Assembly: GCA_029862085.1 (NCBI GenBank)
Contig: JAOTXZ010000005.1
Location: forward strand, 3,751-67,750
Direction: 5' to 3'
Origin: Nitrosopumilus sp.
GTDB lineage: Archaea > Thermoproteota > Nitrososphaeria > Nitrososphaerales > Nitrosopumilaceae
Length of the DNA: 64,000 nucleotides
Positions within the stretch are counted from its first letter, which is position 1. Each line of letters starts with the position of its first letter. Both the position numbers and the translations under genes were made by a program. This document shows, piece after piece, positions 47,684 through 58,461 of this stretch. Below the pieces are notes generated by a model. The model did not search any database, was not told the origin of the DNA, and saw only the letters and a list, made by a program, of their open reading frames with translations.

Positions 47684-48403
47684 GCCATCATATAGCTTTA
47701 TTTTTTCATATCCAGATATGAGAAGTTGGAAAAAAAGGCTAGATGCTCTGTGTCCATGCATACAATAACAAACAATTTCAGAGTCTTTGGAAATATTGTT
47801 CTGAGAAAAAATTTTTTCTAAAAGATCTTTTTCTTGGAATAATTTTCCAGCATAATTGATACCTTCCGTAAAAGGAATTAATTTAGAATTTGGCAAGTGA
47901 CCCATCATAAATTCTTGAGGTGTTCGAGCATCTACAATTACAAATTTGTTTAAATTTTCTTTTAGATTATCAGATTCTATTCTTATTTTAGAATTAATAT
48001 TAGAAGTAAAAAATAATGATTGTGGAGAAAATATTTTTCTTGTAAAATCAAATCCTTTTGCTGAAAGTTCAGAAATATTAGCATTGAGGAGACAAGTTTT
48101 TTCATGACCAAAATATAACAGAGTCCACGCAATTCTAGCCGAAGAAGGATCCATCGAATCACCAATAACTAGCACAGTTTTTGTTTCATCAATCCCCAGA
48201 GAACCAAATAATAAAGATATTTTTTCTTCTTCACCAACTAAATTGGAACCATATTGATCGAACTTGATTACCTGTTCTATTGTCAATGATTGTGCTTGTT
48301 CCAAGTGACCATAAAGAAACATTGTTTTTGGTCTAGTATCCAAAATTACCAAATTTGGATCAGACAGATTATTTTTTAGCCATTCTGGTGAAACTAACAT
48401 CAA
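47642..48403 (-). CDS. second tandem-rhodanese sulfurtransferase
   Basis: LVSPEWL, DART, GHLPNS, YCMHGHRA, YDGSFVEW. Confidence 0.88.
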   Translation of the reverse strand: MMLVSPEWLKNNLSDPNLVILDTRPKTMFLYGHLEQAQSLTIEQVIKFDQYGSNLVGEEEKISLLFGSLGIDETKTVLVIGDSMDPSSARIAWTLLYFGHEKTCLLNANISELSAKGFDFTRKIFSPQSLFFTSNINSKIRIESDNLKENLNKFVIVDARTPQEFMMGHLPNSKLIPFTEGINYAGKLFQEKDLLEKIFSQNNISKDSEIVCYCMHGHRASSLFFQLLISGYEKIKLYDGSFVEWHGRGFPLE

Positions 48404-48434
48404 TGAATCAAATTTTTTAATTTATTTAATAGTA

Positions 48435-49124
48435 TTATGAATCGTGTAATGTTTTTTGGTTTGATTTTTTAAGGAATTTACTTTGAGATTCCAGCATTTT
48501 CTTTATTTTTTTTGAACGTGCTTCCCCTAATCCTTCAACTTTAGAAAGTTCTGAGCTAGTAGCGTTTAGAACCTTTAGGGGAGAACCAAATTTTTCTAAC
48601 ATTCGAATGGCAAATTTTTCTCCCACTCCTGGAAGACTGCATAGAGAAGAGAGTTGTTGTTTTTCTAAGTCATTTGATTTTCTAATTTTTTTCAAAAAGG
48701 GGCCCTTTGGAGAATCTTTTCTAGAGCACATCGATACTAGTAATTTTGCTGTATGAGTTGCACTAGGAGTAGGAATGATTGGGATTTTAAAATCCATCAC
48801 CACAGTGGATAAGGCACCGTAAAATACAAGAGGATTTTCGGCAATCTCTTCGATTTCATCAACGTTTCCTTCCATGAGAACGACGGGAAATTCAAAATTT
48901 TCCTTTAACCTTGTGCATTGATCAAACAATCTACCATCAAATATAGAAGACAACAAATCCCGAATACTTTTTCTTTCCACAATGGTTTCAGGAGCCACTA
49001 TGTAATCTCCAATTGGAAGAGTTTTCATTTCAACATTAAGACCAATTGATTTAAGGAGATCAGGTATTCCACTTTTTCTTTCTCGTTCATCTACAACTAT
49101 TCTTAGATTTTCTAATTTCACCAA
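48435..49124 (-). CDS. xpf: short XPF/ERCC4 structure-specific nuclease with HhH motifs
   Basis: VVDERE, GDY, VERKS, GRLFDQ, LPGVG, VEGLG. Confidence 0.9.
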   Translation of the reverse strand: MVKLENLRIVVDERERKSGIPDLLKSIGLNVEMKTLPIGDYIVAPETIVERKSIRDLLSSIFDGRLFDQCTRLKENFEFPVVLMEGNVDEIEEIAENPLVFYGALSTVVMDFKIPIIPTPSATHTAKLLVSMCSRKDSPKGPFLKKIRKSNDLEKQQLSSLCSLPGVGEKFAIRMLEKFGSPLKVLNATSSELSKVEGLGEARSKKIKKMLESQSKFLKKSNQKTLHDS

Positions 49125-49174
49125 TTCTAATTCCAGTAATTTGTTAATATCTTATTTGAAATTATTTTAGATTC

Positions 49175-49585
49175 CTATTTTCGTGGATTCTCAGGAGGTG
49201 GGCTTCCTTCTGACATTGTTGCGCCTCCAGGGGAAGATCCACTTTTCATCAGTTCAGTAATTTTTGCTTCTTGTTCTTTTAAGTTCTCTTTTAGTCTAGA
49301 TTCCTGCTTTTCAAGTACAGTGGAACGAGTTTTAGTAAGTTCTTTTTTCTCTTCAAGCTCATCGATTAGTTCTTTTTTTGTAGATTTTATCAAAATGGAA
49401 CCGGCGTGTTTATACACCATATCATTTTCTGAAGCCTTTCTTAGTTCTTCAAGGGATTTATCAGTCTCAATTTTTTCCATTTCAATTTGTTGTTTTTGCT
49501 GCATTATAGCTTGGAGATTTTGTTGAGATTGCTGCATTTTCATTAATTGCTCTTGAAGCCACGGAGGCATTTGTCCAGCAGACAT
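49175..49585 (-). CDS. pfdB: prefoldin beta subunit
   Basis: Coiled coils around a VYKHAGSILIK beta-hairpin. Confidence 0.92.
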   Translation of the reverse strand: MSAGQMPPWLQEQLMKMQQSQQNLQAIMQQKQQIEMEKIETDKSLEELRKASENDMVYKHAGSILIKSTKKELIDELEEKKELTKTRSTVLEKQESRLKENLKEQEAKITELMKSGSSPGGATMSEGSPPPENPRK

Positions 49586-49634
49586 GTTATTTTATGGATT
49601 TTAATTTCATTATATCTTTACCGGATGAAATACA

Positions 49635-50294
49635 TCATTTAGCATAGAATTGATCTAATCTTTGTTCAAGTAAATTCAGGTATTCATCAGGATTTTTCAT
49701 AAATTCCATACGAGTGTTTTTTTCACTTGAAACAAGAATTACGATTTGCTCTACCTTAATTCCCGTAAGTTCTTTGAACATGACCCCATATGATGTGGCT
49801 TGAATAAAATGATCAGTAAGCCATTCCTCTCTTTGATTACTTCGTTTGGTTTTGTAATCAATTACAGATAATTTTCCATCATATTTTGCTATACAATCAG
49901 AGGTTCCGGCAAGCTTCATTTTGTCGCTATACAACCTTAATTCAATACCGTGAATATCATTAATTTTATTTACAAAAGGAAGGAGATTGTTAAAATGAGC
50001 CTCAGATAACAAATGGGATTTTTCCAAAATGTCCTTTCCATTTAGATAGTTTTCAATTAACTCATGTGTTTCAGAACCAACAATAGCTGCCTGCTGAGTT
50101 ATGTATTCTGCGGCAATTTCTTGTTCCTTCCAATTTTGTAAGCTTTGTTGTTTTTCTAGACTTTGAGTTTGTTGTAACATCGTCGTAATTGAGGGATAGA
50201 TTACACCACTTGGTGTTTGATAATAGTGTGCATTGTCTTTTTCAATAAGTTCTGATTGTGTGAAATTTACCGGTATGTGATTGAATTTGTTCAT
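49635..50294 (-). CDS. PD-(D/E)xK RecB-family exonuclease (MGME1 / phage exonuclease-like)
   Basis: YPSITT, GSETHELIE, AGTSDC, IDYKT, QATSY. Confidence 0.82.
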   Translation of the reverse strand: MNKFNHIPVNFTQSELIEKDNAHYYQTPSGVIYPSITTMLQQTQSLEKQQSLQNWKEQEIAAEYITQQAAIVGSETHELIENYLNGKDILEKSHLLSEAHFNNLLPFVNKINDIHGIELRLYSDKMKLAGTSDCIAKYDGKLSVIDYKTKRSNQREEWLTDHFIQATSYGVMFKELTGIKVEQIVILVSSEKNTRMEFMKNPDEYLNLLEQRLDQFYAK

Positions 50295-50356
50295 CGATTA
50301 TCCTTCTCTTTCTGAATATTATATTTTAAAAAATTTCTACCATCAAGATTCCAAAA

Positions 50357-50620
50357 TTATGAATCATTAACAGATTCTATTGTATCATAGCTAGCTTGAA
50401 TTAATCGTAAGCTGGAATTTAGATTTGCTCTAAGATGAGGAATATGTTTTGATTCAATTGAAATTTCAATTTTATCTTTTAACTTCATATTGGTGTTGGT
50501 TGGATTTTCTGGGTAGAATTTATTATCTGTGTTTATAGAATCGAAAATTGCCTTTGTTTTTTCTTTAGCATCTACAATAATTTTTGCACTAAAGTTTAAC
50601 GTCATATGCTGTTCCAGCAA
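50357..50620 (-). CDS. pcc1: KEOPS complex subunit Pcc1
   Basis: HLRANLNSSLRLI; canonical position after rpl37ae. Confidence 0.8.
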   Translation of the reverse strand: MLEQHMTLNFSAKIIVDAKEKTKAIFDSINTDNKFYPENPTNTNMKLKDKIEISIESKHIPHLRANLNSSLRLIQASYDTIESVNDS

Positions 50621-50798
50621 CCTTGAAATTACATTTTTTGCAAGACCAAATACCTACTGCATCCCTACCAAATTGTTTTGAACCACATTCCGGACAAGTT
50701 CTTTTTTCCTTTAGTTGTAGATGAATTTTTGTATATTGCTTTCTAAGTTTAATTCCGTATCTAGCACCAAGGCCCTTTAGAGATTTTTTCTTGGCCAT
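50589..50798 (-). CDS. rpl37ae: 50S ribosomal protein eL43 (L37Ae)
   Basis: GARYG, CPECG, GIWSCKKC, AGTAY. Confidence 0.95.
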   Translation of the reverse strand: MAKKKSLKGLGARYGIKLRKQYTKIHLQLKEKRTCPECGSKQFGRDAVGIWSCKKCNFKVAGTAYDVKL

Positions 50799-50802
50799 TT
50801 TA

Positions 50803-51615
50803 TTAACTGCCTTTTGCTGCTTGCTTTAAAGTTTCTCTAATTTGTGCCCCTTGTTTAATAGAAAGATCACCACATTTGATAATTTCATCAATAGTAAATC
50901 CATCAGAACCACCTTTTTGCATTGCAATTATGTTTCCTTCTGAATCAGTTGTAATTGTAACTCTGCAATCCATTGCACTCCATTCATCGGAGTTTGGATC
51001 GACGATAATATGATTTCCAATTTTTGCCATTGTGATAGAGACAGGGATTGTGGTTGTGGGTAAATCAGTTTCTGCCCCTTCTACAAGGGTTGGTACATCA
51101 TCAACCATCTCCCATTTCGGGGTTTTTGAATTAAGAAGGGCAGCTGTTGCAGCATAGGAGCAGGCATCAAAGAGATTTCCATCATAGTCCACAACTACAA
51201 TATCTGCAAAAACGCCTACAACTGATTTGTTTTTTTCAATTACTAATTGAGATACGTCAACCATATGACTTTCTCTAATTCCTCTATCAACTACTCTTGC
51301 TAATTCGATAACATCTGGACCTGGCGGACCAGTCTCAACACTTGGATGAGATAACGGTAAAAGTTCTGCAGTGCAAATAAAAATTCCTTTATCTCCCATA
51401 TCTGGAAATGGTCTATCAGGTTGAATTTTCACTCCACAAACTGCTTCAGTATCTCCTAGCCTAACCCTTGCTGAACCGTTTGCTTTTGGAATTGCATTAA
51501 TTTCAACTACTAGTTTTCTTGATTCATCTAAGGCTCTACCATCGATTCTTTTTCCTTGCTCTAGGAGTTCTAAAATTTGTGATCTTTTTAGGTCATCAAT
51601 AACAGATTGTGTCAT
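50803..51615 (-). CDS. rrp42: exosome subunit Rrp42
   Basis: RIDGR, KANGSA, ELARVVDRGIRES, DGNLFDA. Confidence 0.95.
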   Translation of the reverse strand: MTQSVIDDLKRSQILELLEQGKRIDGRALDESRKLVVEINAIPKANGSARVRLGDTEAVCGVKIQPDRPFPDMGDKGIFICTAELLPLSHPSVETGPPGPDVIELARVVDRGIRESHMVDVSQLVIEKNKSVVGVFADIVVVDYDGNLFDACSYAATAALLNSKTPKWEMVDDVPTLVEGAETDLPTTTIPVSITMAKIGNHIIVDPNSDEWSAMDCRVTITTDSEGNIIAMQKGGSDGFTIDEIIKCGDLSIKQGAQIRETLKQAAKGS

Positions 51616-52353
51616 TTATTGATCCCTTCCATTTTGAAAATATTTGTCTGCCAATGCTTTCTTTTGGAGTTCGTAAACTATCTTGCAGCCATTAACCCCT
51701 GTTTCAACACATTTCTTAAATTCTTCAGGGCTCAGAACTCCATCTAATTGTAAAAGAGTTATTTTTTCAAGATTTGGCATATACCCAATTGGCATATCTG
51801 CTTGGCCTGCTTGATCTTCTTCATTATTTACATCAAGAATAATAGTATCGGCTGCTTTCCCAGAGGCACAAGCAGCAACCATATCTCGCATAGGTATTCC
51901 GGCATCAGCTAAAGCAACTGATGCAGCAGCTAGGGCGGCACAACGTGTACCTCCATCTGCTTGAAGAACCTCGATGAAAACATCAACGGCAGTTCTTGGG
52001 AATTTTTCTAGTATTACTGCAGGCAATAATGCCTCCTTGATTACTTTGGAAATTTCAATTTCTCTTCTGGAAGGAGCAGGGTTCTTTCTCTCTCCAACTG
52101 AGAAAGGCTCCATATGATATCTTACTCGTAAAATACCAGTATCTGTTCTAGACATATGTTTTGGATGAACATCTCTTGGACCGAAAACTCCAACAAGAAT
52201 TTTGTTGTCTCCAAATTCAATATATGCTGAACCGTCAGCATTTTTTAGACCGCCTGCTTTTATCATTATTCGTCTTGGTTCGTCAATTTTTCTACCATCA
52301 CAACGAATTCCATTTTCATCTAACAATACAAGAGTGCTTTCTCGTCCACCCAT
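51616..52353 (-). CDS. rrp41: exosome subunit Rrp41
   Basis: ADGSAY, PSRREIEISKVI, QADGGTR, EED. Confidence 0.96.
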   Translation of the reverse strand: MGGRESTLVLLDENGIRCDGRKIDEPRRIMIKAGGLKNADGSAYIEFGDNKILVGVFGPRDVHPKHMSRTDTGILRVRYHMEPFSVGERKNPAPSRREIEISKVIKEALLPAVILEKFPRTAVDVFIEVLQADGGTRCAALAAASVALADAGIPMRDMVAACASGKAADTIILDVNNEEDQAGQADMPIGYMPNLEKITLLQLDGVLSPEEFKKCVETGVNGCKIVYELQKKALADKYFQNGRDQ

Positions 52354-53033
52354 TATGATTCACCTTTTGATTCTAACATATCCTTCACTTGATCAGTAAG
52401 ATTTGCAACATGTGCGTATTCATCGACCATTTGTATGGCTTTTTTAGCCTTTAATAATCCCTCGGGATTTTCACAAGAAACTACTACCCATCCATTTTGT
52501 CCAATGGTAATTACGGCGTTAGTTGCCGTTTCAATCATCTGAATCATAGTACCTCTTTTTCCAATTAGTCTTGGAACCTTACTTGGAGAGATTTTTATTA
52601 AGTCTCCAGAGTCTATTTTTCCAAGATCTCTATCAGCTATGGTAATTAACGGATCACGTGTTCTATCAAAATTTGCAATTCTAGTAGCCACTAGATCTCC
52701 GGCTTTTAATTTAGATGTTAGTTCGTCTGCGTGTGCCGAAAAATCACGACCAAAAACATCTGAGGCAGGCAAGAATCCAACATAACAGGAATTGATATCA
52801 AGTTCCCAAGATAAAGAGGTATGAGAAATTACTTTGCCTATAACTAAATCATTAATTTTTGGAAGGTATTTTCCAGTTAGAGAAATTACCTTTGCAGAAT
52901 CATCATAAATTTCAGAAACACCAATTGTGGTAGAAATTATTTTATTTCCTTCAAGAATTACATTTTGCTCTGGTCGGAAAGGGCCTGTTGTAATTACATC
53001 TCCAGGTATTACGTATTTTCGTCTATTATCCAT
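52353..53033 (-). CDS. rrp4: exosome RNA-binding subunit Rrp4
   Basis: VIPGD, S1 domain, KVPRLIGKRG, GQNG KH domain. Confidence 0.95.
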   Translation of the reverse strand: MDNRRKYVIPGDVITTGPFRPEQNVILEGNKIISTTIGVSEIYDDSAKVISLTGKYLPKINDLVIGKVISHTSLSWELDINSCYVGFLPASDVFGRDFSAHADELTSKLKAGDLVATRIANFDRTRDPLITIADRDLGKIDSGDLIKISPSKVPRLIGKRGTMIQMIETATNAVITIGQNGWVVVSCENPEGLLKAKKAIQMVDEYAHVANLTDQVKDMLESKGES

Positions 53034-53719
53034 TATTGAATTACCTCAACTGAAGCAGAACCTTTAGTTATAGAACCTAATCTGTCTATCACGTTTGGCC
53101 TTGCTGCAGCGGGTATTTCAAGTATTGCTTTTAATGAACCATTATTTTGCCATTCTTCATTTTTCAAAGAACCTACGGATTTTAAAACAGCATAAGATTG
53201 GGATGCAAACTGTGCAGGAATTGTTATTTCCAGTGACAAGTTTTCAGATTTTAAAGGAATGATAGAGCGCAGTTTCTCAACGATTTCTTTAACTTGCTCA
53301 TCAATATGTTTTTGAGGCTCTACAGAAATTCGAGCATCCTTCATTGCTTGTTCTATTCTTAATGGCGGATGAGGTAAATGAGTTCTAGGGTCGACATAGG
53401 TTTTTGCAATAAATTCTACTAGTTGTCTTTTTTTCTCCTCTACCATTTTTTTCCTTTGGTCAGTTGTAAGATTAAGATCACCTTTTTGAAGAATTTTATG
53501 TGCAATCTCTCCTGTATCTTCTGTTTGGAAGGCTTTCAGTAATTTTTCTATTGAGGGTTTTGTGCCTTTACTAGAATCCGTGTAAATGTCATCAGATACT
53601 AATACGGATGAAATGTCTTTTTTCTTGCCCAATTTGTATTCTAGGGCAGGGTCAGGTTTAACCAAAATTTCGAATTTTTCTCCTTCAAAGGAATATCTTA
53701 CTACTGTAACTTCAGCCAT
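53033..53719 (-). CDS. sdo1: ribosome maturation factor SBDS/Sdo1
   Basis: FEILV, LTTDQRK, DPRTHLPHPPLRIE. Confidence 0.94.
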   Translation of the reverse strand: MAEVTVVRYSFEGEKFEILVKPDPALEYKLGKKKDISSVLVSDDIYTDSSKGTKPSIEKLLKAFQTEDTGEIAHKILQKGDLNLTTDQRKKMVEEKKRQLVEFIAKTYVDPRTHLPHPPLRIEQAMKDARISVEPQKHIDEQVKEIVEKLRSIIPLKSENLSLEITIPAQFASQSYAVLKSVGSLKNEEWQNNGSLKAILEIPAAARPNVIDRLGSITKGSASVEVIQ

Positions 53720-53808
53720 GTATGAAATTAGGTATGAAAATTAGCTATTTATCTATGCGTGAAACTAGCTAGATTTTTATTTGGATTTTTAAAATTTTCC
53801 ATTAAGAT

Positions 53809-54450
53809 TTGTCTTCTTTAGAGATTGTTTCAAAAGATGAGCGTAAAATGTCAATAAAGCTAAAAGGCATACCATTACAATATTCCAATGCCCTAAGACG
53901 ATTATGTCTAAATGGAGTTCCCATTTTTGCAATCGACACAGTTGACATTATAGAAAATACTTCAGTTTTACCAGATGAGGGTCTTGCACATAGATTAGGT
54001 CTTGTACCATTAAGGACCGATTTGACAAGATTTAATGAACCTTCTAAATGTGAATGCCAAAGCGAAGTTGGATGTTCAAATTGTAAGGTAATGCTTGTTT
54101 TAGATTCAGGAGACTCTGACGTATCCAAAACTGTCTTTACTGACGAGTTAACATCAGAAGATGATTCGGTTAAATCGATTTCTGACAAAATTCCTATTGT
54201 TCAACTTGCTCCAGGTCAAAAAGTAAAGGTTGAATGTTATGCTAGATTGGGACGTGGACGAGAACATGCAAAATGGAACTCTTCAAATATTGCAACCTTG
54301 GTAGAAACCGAAAAAGAAGATGAAAGAATTCTCACAGTAGAATCTACGGGCGCCTTAAATCCGGAGGAAATTATTCTCGCAGGAGTAGAAGAACTTGGAA
54401 TAAGATTAGGGGATTTCAAAAATATGATAGAACAACTAAAAGAAGAGTAA
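53809..54450 (+). CDS. rpo3: RNA polymerase subunit Rpo3 (D)
   Basis: NALRR, NTSVLPDEGLAHRLGLVPL, GRGREHAKW, VESTGAL. Confidence 0.95.
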   Translation: MSSLEIVSKDERKMSIKLKGIPLQYSNALRRLCLNGVPIFAIDTVDIIENTSVLPDEGLAHRLGLVPLRTDLTRFNEPSKCECQSEVGCSNCKVMLVLDSGDSDVSKTVFTDELTSEDDSVKSISDKIPIVQLAPGQKVKVECYARLGRGREHAKWNSSNIATLVETEKEDERILTVESTGALNPEEIILAGVEELGIRLGDFKNMIEQLKEE

Positions 54451-54495
54451 TCCAAGCATACACATTATATTTGGGTTTTAAACCGCATTATTCAC

Positions 54496-54843
54496 ATGAC
54501 TAGTCAAGTAGTAATACAAATGGCAAAAGATCTAAAGAAGGCCTCAACAAAAAATAATGCGCCTATTTGGGCCAAATTGGCAGAATATGCCTTAAAGCCA
54601 TCAGTTGCCAGGAGAGATATCAACCTGTACAGGATTAGTCAACTTACAAAAGATAATGATACCATAGTTTTTCCAGGTAAAGTTCTGGGAACTGGAAGTG
54701 TATCCCACAAAATCACATTATGTTCATTTTCCATTTCAGAATCAGCTGCCAACAAAATTATTGAAAACGGTGGAAAATTAATCTCATTTTCAGAATTAAT
54801 AGAAAAAAACCCAACGGGGAAAGGAGTAGTTTTACTTGGCTAG
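54496..54843 (+). CDS. rpl18e: 50S ribosomal protein eL18
   Basis: APIW, INLYRI, PGKVLGTG. Confidence 0.94.
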   Translation: MTSQVVIQMAKDLKKASTKNNAPIWAKLAEYALKPSVARRDINLYRISQLTKDNDTIVFPGKVLGTGSVSHKITLCSFSISESAANKIIENGGKLISFSELIEKNPTGKGVVLLG

Positions 54844-55297
54844 TCAAGAGTCTGCAATTTCAATTAGCTCACCAATCGTAGTTGATGCCACAGATCACAT
54901 AGCGGGAAGATTATCCTCAAATGTTGCAAAATTACTTCTTAAGGGAAACAGAGTCTCTATTGTTAATTGTGATAAAATTATGATTAGTGGTACTAGGAGT
55001 AATATTATTAGTGAATATCAAGCATTTTTAGAAATTAACAGTATTAATCATTGGAAACATGGACCAAAACATCCAAGAAGACCAGATACCATCATGAAAA
55101 GAATGATCCGAGGAATGCTTCCAAGAGAAAAAACATCAGGAATAGAGGCTCATAAAAGACTTCGAACTTTTATTGGAAGTCCCAAGGAAGTAAAATCATT
55201 TAAAAAAATTAAATTTGAAAACGCAATGATCAAAAAAGAATCCTCAAACTATACCACCATGGCAGAACTTGGAAGAACAATAGGATGGACTGAATGA
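54836..55297 (+). CDS. rpl13: 50S ribosomal protein uL13
   Basis: VVDA...GRLSS, GPKHPRRP, IRGMLP. Confidence 0.94.
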   Translation: MASQESAISISSPIVVDATDHIAGRLSSNVAKLLLKGNRVSIVNCDKIMISGTRSNIISEYQAFLEINSINHWKHGPKHPRRPDTIMKRMIRGMLPREKTSGIEAHKRLRTFIGSPKEVKSFKKIKFENAMIKKESSNYTTMAELGRTIGWTE

Positions 55298-55743
55298 CCG
55301 TACCCAAAACAGAAATATATTTTGCAACTAGAAAAACTGCAAGTGCTCATGTATACATTACCAAGGGTGTTGGTAAAGTGAAAATAAACAATGTTCCCGT
55401 TGAAATGATACCACAAGAAACAGCACGAGAAGTTATTCTTGCACCCCTTGAAATTAGTGGGGATTTAAGAGATAAAATAGATATTTCAATTAGAGTTAGA
55501 GGTGGAGGTGTAATGGGTCAGGCAAGTGCAATAGCAGTAGGAATTTCAAGAGCATTAACTGGTTGGACAAAATCCAAAAAAGAACCAAAAGATCATCCTT
55601 TACCTAAATCAACCAGAGAAGATCTTCGACAAAGAATTACAGATTTTGACAAATATTTGATTAGTGGAGATGCTAGAAGAAAGGAACCAAAGAAATTTGG
55701 AGGTCCTGGGGCTAGAAGAAGAAAGCAGAAATCATATCGTTAG
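55294..55743 (+). CDS. rps9: 30S ribosomal protein uS9
   Basis: RKTA, GGGVMGQA, EPKKFGGPGARRRKQKSYR. Confidence 0.96.
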   Translation: MTVPKTEIYFATRKTASAHVYITKGVGKVKINNVPVEMIPQETAREVILAPLEISGDLRDKIDISIRVRGGGVMGQASAIAVGISRALTGWTKSKKEPKDHPLPKSTREDLRQRITDFDKYLISGDARRKEPKKFGGPGARRRKQKSYR

Positions 55744-55746
55744 ACC

Positions 55747-56475
55747 GTGAAAGCAGTAATTTTAGCTGGTGGAAAAGGAACTAGAGGAAAACCATATTCT
55801 GAATATTTTCCAAAGGCTATGACTCCAATTAATGGGAAACCTTTGATTGATTACATCGTGAAATATCTAAACACTTTTGATTTTATTAAAGAAATAATCA
55901 TTGTTTCTGATTTTAGTAAATTGGGAGGACAGATAAAAAACTATTATCAAAATCCAAAATTTAATAAAAAAATCTCGTTTGTTCAAGATTCTCAAAGTGG
56001 AACTGCAGGAGATCTTTTGCATATGGGGGGGAAATTAGACGGTGATCCAGGATTTATCTTATGGTTTGTAGATAATTTATGTGCAATAGATCTCAAGGAA
56101 ATGTACAAGTTTTTCCTAGAAAAGAAAAGTACAGCGTGTATTGCCACTAGAACAAAAAGGAAAGAAGAAACAGGATTTGCAATTGTAAAAGAGGGAATCG
56201 TACACCAATTCAAAGAAAAACCCATCATGAATTTGCCAATGTCGGAGTGTCTTGGAATTTACATTTTAGGAAAAGGCATAATTAAAAACATAAAGGCAAA
56301 ATCAAAACAAAAAGAAATCAATTTGTCATTTGATATTCTTCAAGAGTTATCAAAAAACGGTAAAGTTAGTTCCTATGATATTGGGAATAACCAATGGATA
56401 GATGCAGATTCCCCGATGAAATTAGATAGGAATCAAAAGGAAGTAAAAAAAATTATAAAACAGATGGGATTATAG
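55747..56475 (+). CDS. sugar-phosphate nucleotidyltransferase
   Basis: AVILAGGKGTR, PKAM, GTAG, FKEKP. Confidence 0.88.
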   Translation: MKAVILAGGKGTRGKPYSEYFPKAMTPINGKPLIDYIVKYLNTFDFIKEIIIVSDFSKLGGQIKNYYQNPKFNKKISFVQDSQSGTAGDLLHMGGKLDGDPGFILWFVDNLCAIDLKEMYKFFLEKKSTACIATRTKRKEETGFAIVKEGIVHQFKEKPIMNLPMSECLGIYILGKGIIKNIKAKSKQKEINLSFDILQELSKNGKVSSYDIGNNQWIDADSPMKLDRNQKEVKKIIKQMGL

Positions 56476-57037
56476 ACTGTTTTTCAAATTGAGAGATTTT
56501 TTCTTCAAATTTCAAAGTTTGTGAAATATCATCTAGTCCTTCTAAAAGAATTTTTTTTTTGTAAGAATCAATATTGAAGGAAATTTTTTCGTTGTGGGTT
56601 TTTAAAATCTGATTTTCAAGGTCTACTTCTAATTCTCCTGATTCTTGTTTTAATTTTTCAACAATTTTTTGTTCTAATTTTATCGGTAGAATTCCATTTT
56701 TGAAACAATTACTATAAAAAATATCTGCAAAAGAAGGAGCAATTATTACCAAAAACCCATAATCCTTCAATGCCCATACTGCATGCTCCCTACTAGAGCC
56801 ACATCCAAAATTCTCTCCTGTTACAAGAATCTGTGAATTTTGATATTTTTTATCATTTAAAACAAAATCTTGTTTTTGTTTTTCATGTTCATCATATCTC
56901 CAATTGAAAAACAAATATTTCCCAAATCCAGATTTTTGAACTAATTTTAAAAATTGTTTTGGAACAATTTGATCAGTATCTACATTTACCTGATCTAGTG
57001 GTGTGATAATTGTTTTTAGTTTTTTAAATGAATCCAA
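56453..57037 (-). CDS. leuD: 3-isopropylmalate dehydratase small subunit, bacterial type
   Basis: [39 protein letters not shown]. Confidence 0.93.
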   Translation of the reverse strand: MDSFKKLKTIITPLDQVNVDTDQIVPKQFLKLVQKSGFGKYLFFNWRYDEHEKQKQDFVLNDKKYQNSQILVTGENFGCGSSREHAVWALKDYGFLVIIAPSFADIFYSNCFKNGILPIKLEQKIVEKLKQESGELEVDLENQILKTHNEKISFNIDSYKKKILLEGLDDISQTLKFEEKISQFEKQSIIPSVL

Positions 57038-57038
57038 T

Positions 57039-58454
57039 TTAATTCAAATCCAGATTTCTAACATCCACAAAATGTCCTTCTAGTGCTGCCGCTGCTGCCA
57101 TTACTGGACTAACCAAATGAGTGAGACCACCTGTGCCTTGCCTTCCTTCAAAATTCCGATTTGAAGTACTTGCACACCTTTCCCCTGGCGATAAAATATC
57201 GGGATTCATTCCCAAACACATACTACATCCTGCTTCTCTCCATTCAAAATTAGCTTTGGTAAATATTTTATCGATTCCCATTTCTTCTGCCTGTTTTTTT
57301 ACCATTTGGGATCCTGGTACTACCATTGCTCTAACATTTTCTGATACCTTTTGCCCTTTGATAACCCTGGAAGCTTCGATTAAATCCTCCAGTCTAGCAT
57401 TAGTACATGATCCAATAAACACCCTATCGATTTTAATTTCGGTAATAGGAGTACCGGATTTTAAATTCATATACTCTAGAGCTTTGTCGGCTGCCTTTTT
57501 TTGATTTTCATCCCCGTTTGAATAATCTTCAGAAGAAGGAACAGAGTCTGTAACATCACAGGTCATGCCGGGATTAGTACCCCAACTTACCTGAGGAGAA
57601 ATATTATCAATATGAAGAGTGAAGGTTTTTCTAAATTTTGCGTCTTTGTCTGTTGTAAGATGTTCTCTCCAATATTCTACTAGAGATTCGTAATTTTTTG
57701 GAGTATATTGTCTATTTCTGAGGTAATCAAATGTTTTCTCATCTGGTGCAACAAGTCCTGCCCTTGCACCCCCTTCAATTGACATATTACATATTGTCAT
57801 TCTTTGCTCCATTGAAAGGTCCGCTATTCCCTCACCAGAATATTCAATAACCGTGCCCGTTCCTCCTGCAGTTCCAATATTTTTGATAATTGACAAGATA
57901 ATATCCTTGGCAGTTACGGCGTGTGGTTTTTTTCTTTTTCCTTCAACTCTAATTTCAAAAGGTTCAGGTTTTTCTAACCAAATGGTTTGAGATGCTAAAA
58001 CATGTTCAACATCACTAGTACCAATTCCAAAGGCTAAAGCCCCAAATGCCCCATGAGTTGATGTATGGCTATCACCACATACAATAGTAGAACCCGGCAA
58101 GGTGATTCCTAACTGGGGTCCAATAACATGTACAATCCCTTGATTGGGACTATTAATGTCAAATAATTTAATTCCAAAATCCTTACAATTTTTTTCCAAC
58201 GTTTTAATTTGTATTGCTGATGTTTGATCCAAGATTGGTAAACTTCGATCATTTGTGGGTACGTTATGATCCATTGTAGCGATAGTCAGGTCTGGCCTTC
58301 TAACAATTCTGTTATTCATTCGCAATCCATCAAAAGCCTGAGGAGAAGTTACTTCATGAACAAGGTGTCTATCCACATATATCAAAGAAGGGCTGCTTTC
58401 TTTTTCAACAACGACATGCGCATCCCAAATTTTTTCAAAAAGTGTTTTTCCCAT
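57039..58454 (-). CDS. leuC: 3-isopropylmalate dehydratase large subunit, bacterial type
   Basis: Likely start MGKTLFEK (58454); [38 protein letters not shown]. Confidence 0.95.
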   Translation of the reverse strand: MGKTLFEKIWDAHVVVEKESSPSLIYVDRHLVHEVTSPQAFDGLRMNNRIVRRPDLTIATMDHNVPTNDRSLPILDQTSAIQIKTLEKNCKDFGIKLFDINSPNQGIVHVIGPQLGITLPGSTIVCGDSHTSTHGAFGALAFGIGTSDVEHVLASQTIWLEKPEPFEIRVEGKRKKPHAVTAKDIILSIIKNIGTAGGTGTVIEYSGEGIADLSMEQRMTICNMSIEGGARAGLVAPDEKTFDYLRNRQYTPKNYESLVEYWREHLTTDKDAKFRKTFTLHIDNISPQVSWGTNPGMTCDVTDSVPSSEDYSNGDENQKKAADKALEYMNLKSGTPITEIKIDRVFIGSCTNARLEDLIEASRVIKGQKVSENVRAMVVPGSQMVKKQAEEMGIDKIFTKANFEWREAGCSMCLGMNPDILSPGERCASTSNRNFEGRQGTGGLTHLVSPVMAAAAALEGHFVDVRNLDLN

Positions 58455-58461
58455 TTTGATC

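Noticed and set aside
49635..50294. Nuclease as Cas4 or a casposon component
   Set aside because: Lacks the four-Cys Fe-S motif; no Cas1, PolB or terminal inverted repeats nearby
53802..54455. Antisense ORFs over rpo3, and similar 60-165 aa antisense ORFs across the window
   Set aside because: They mirror well-supported genes on the opposite strand and have no motifs or promoters
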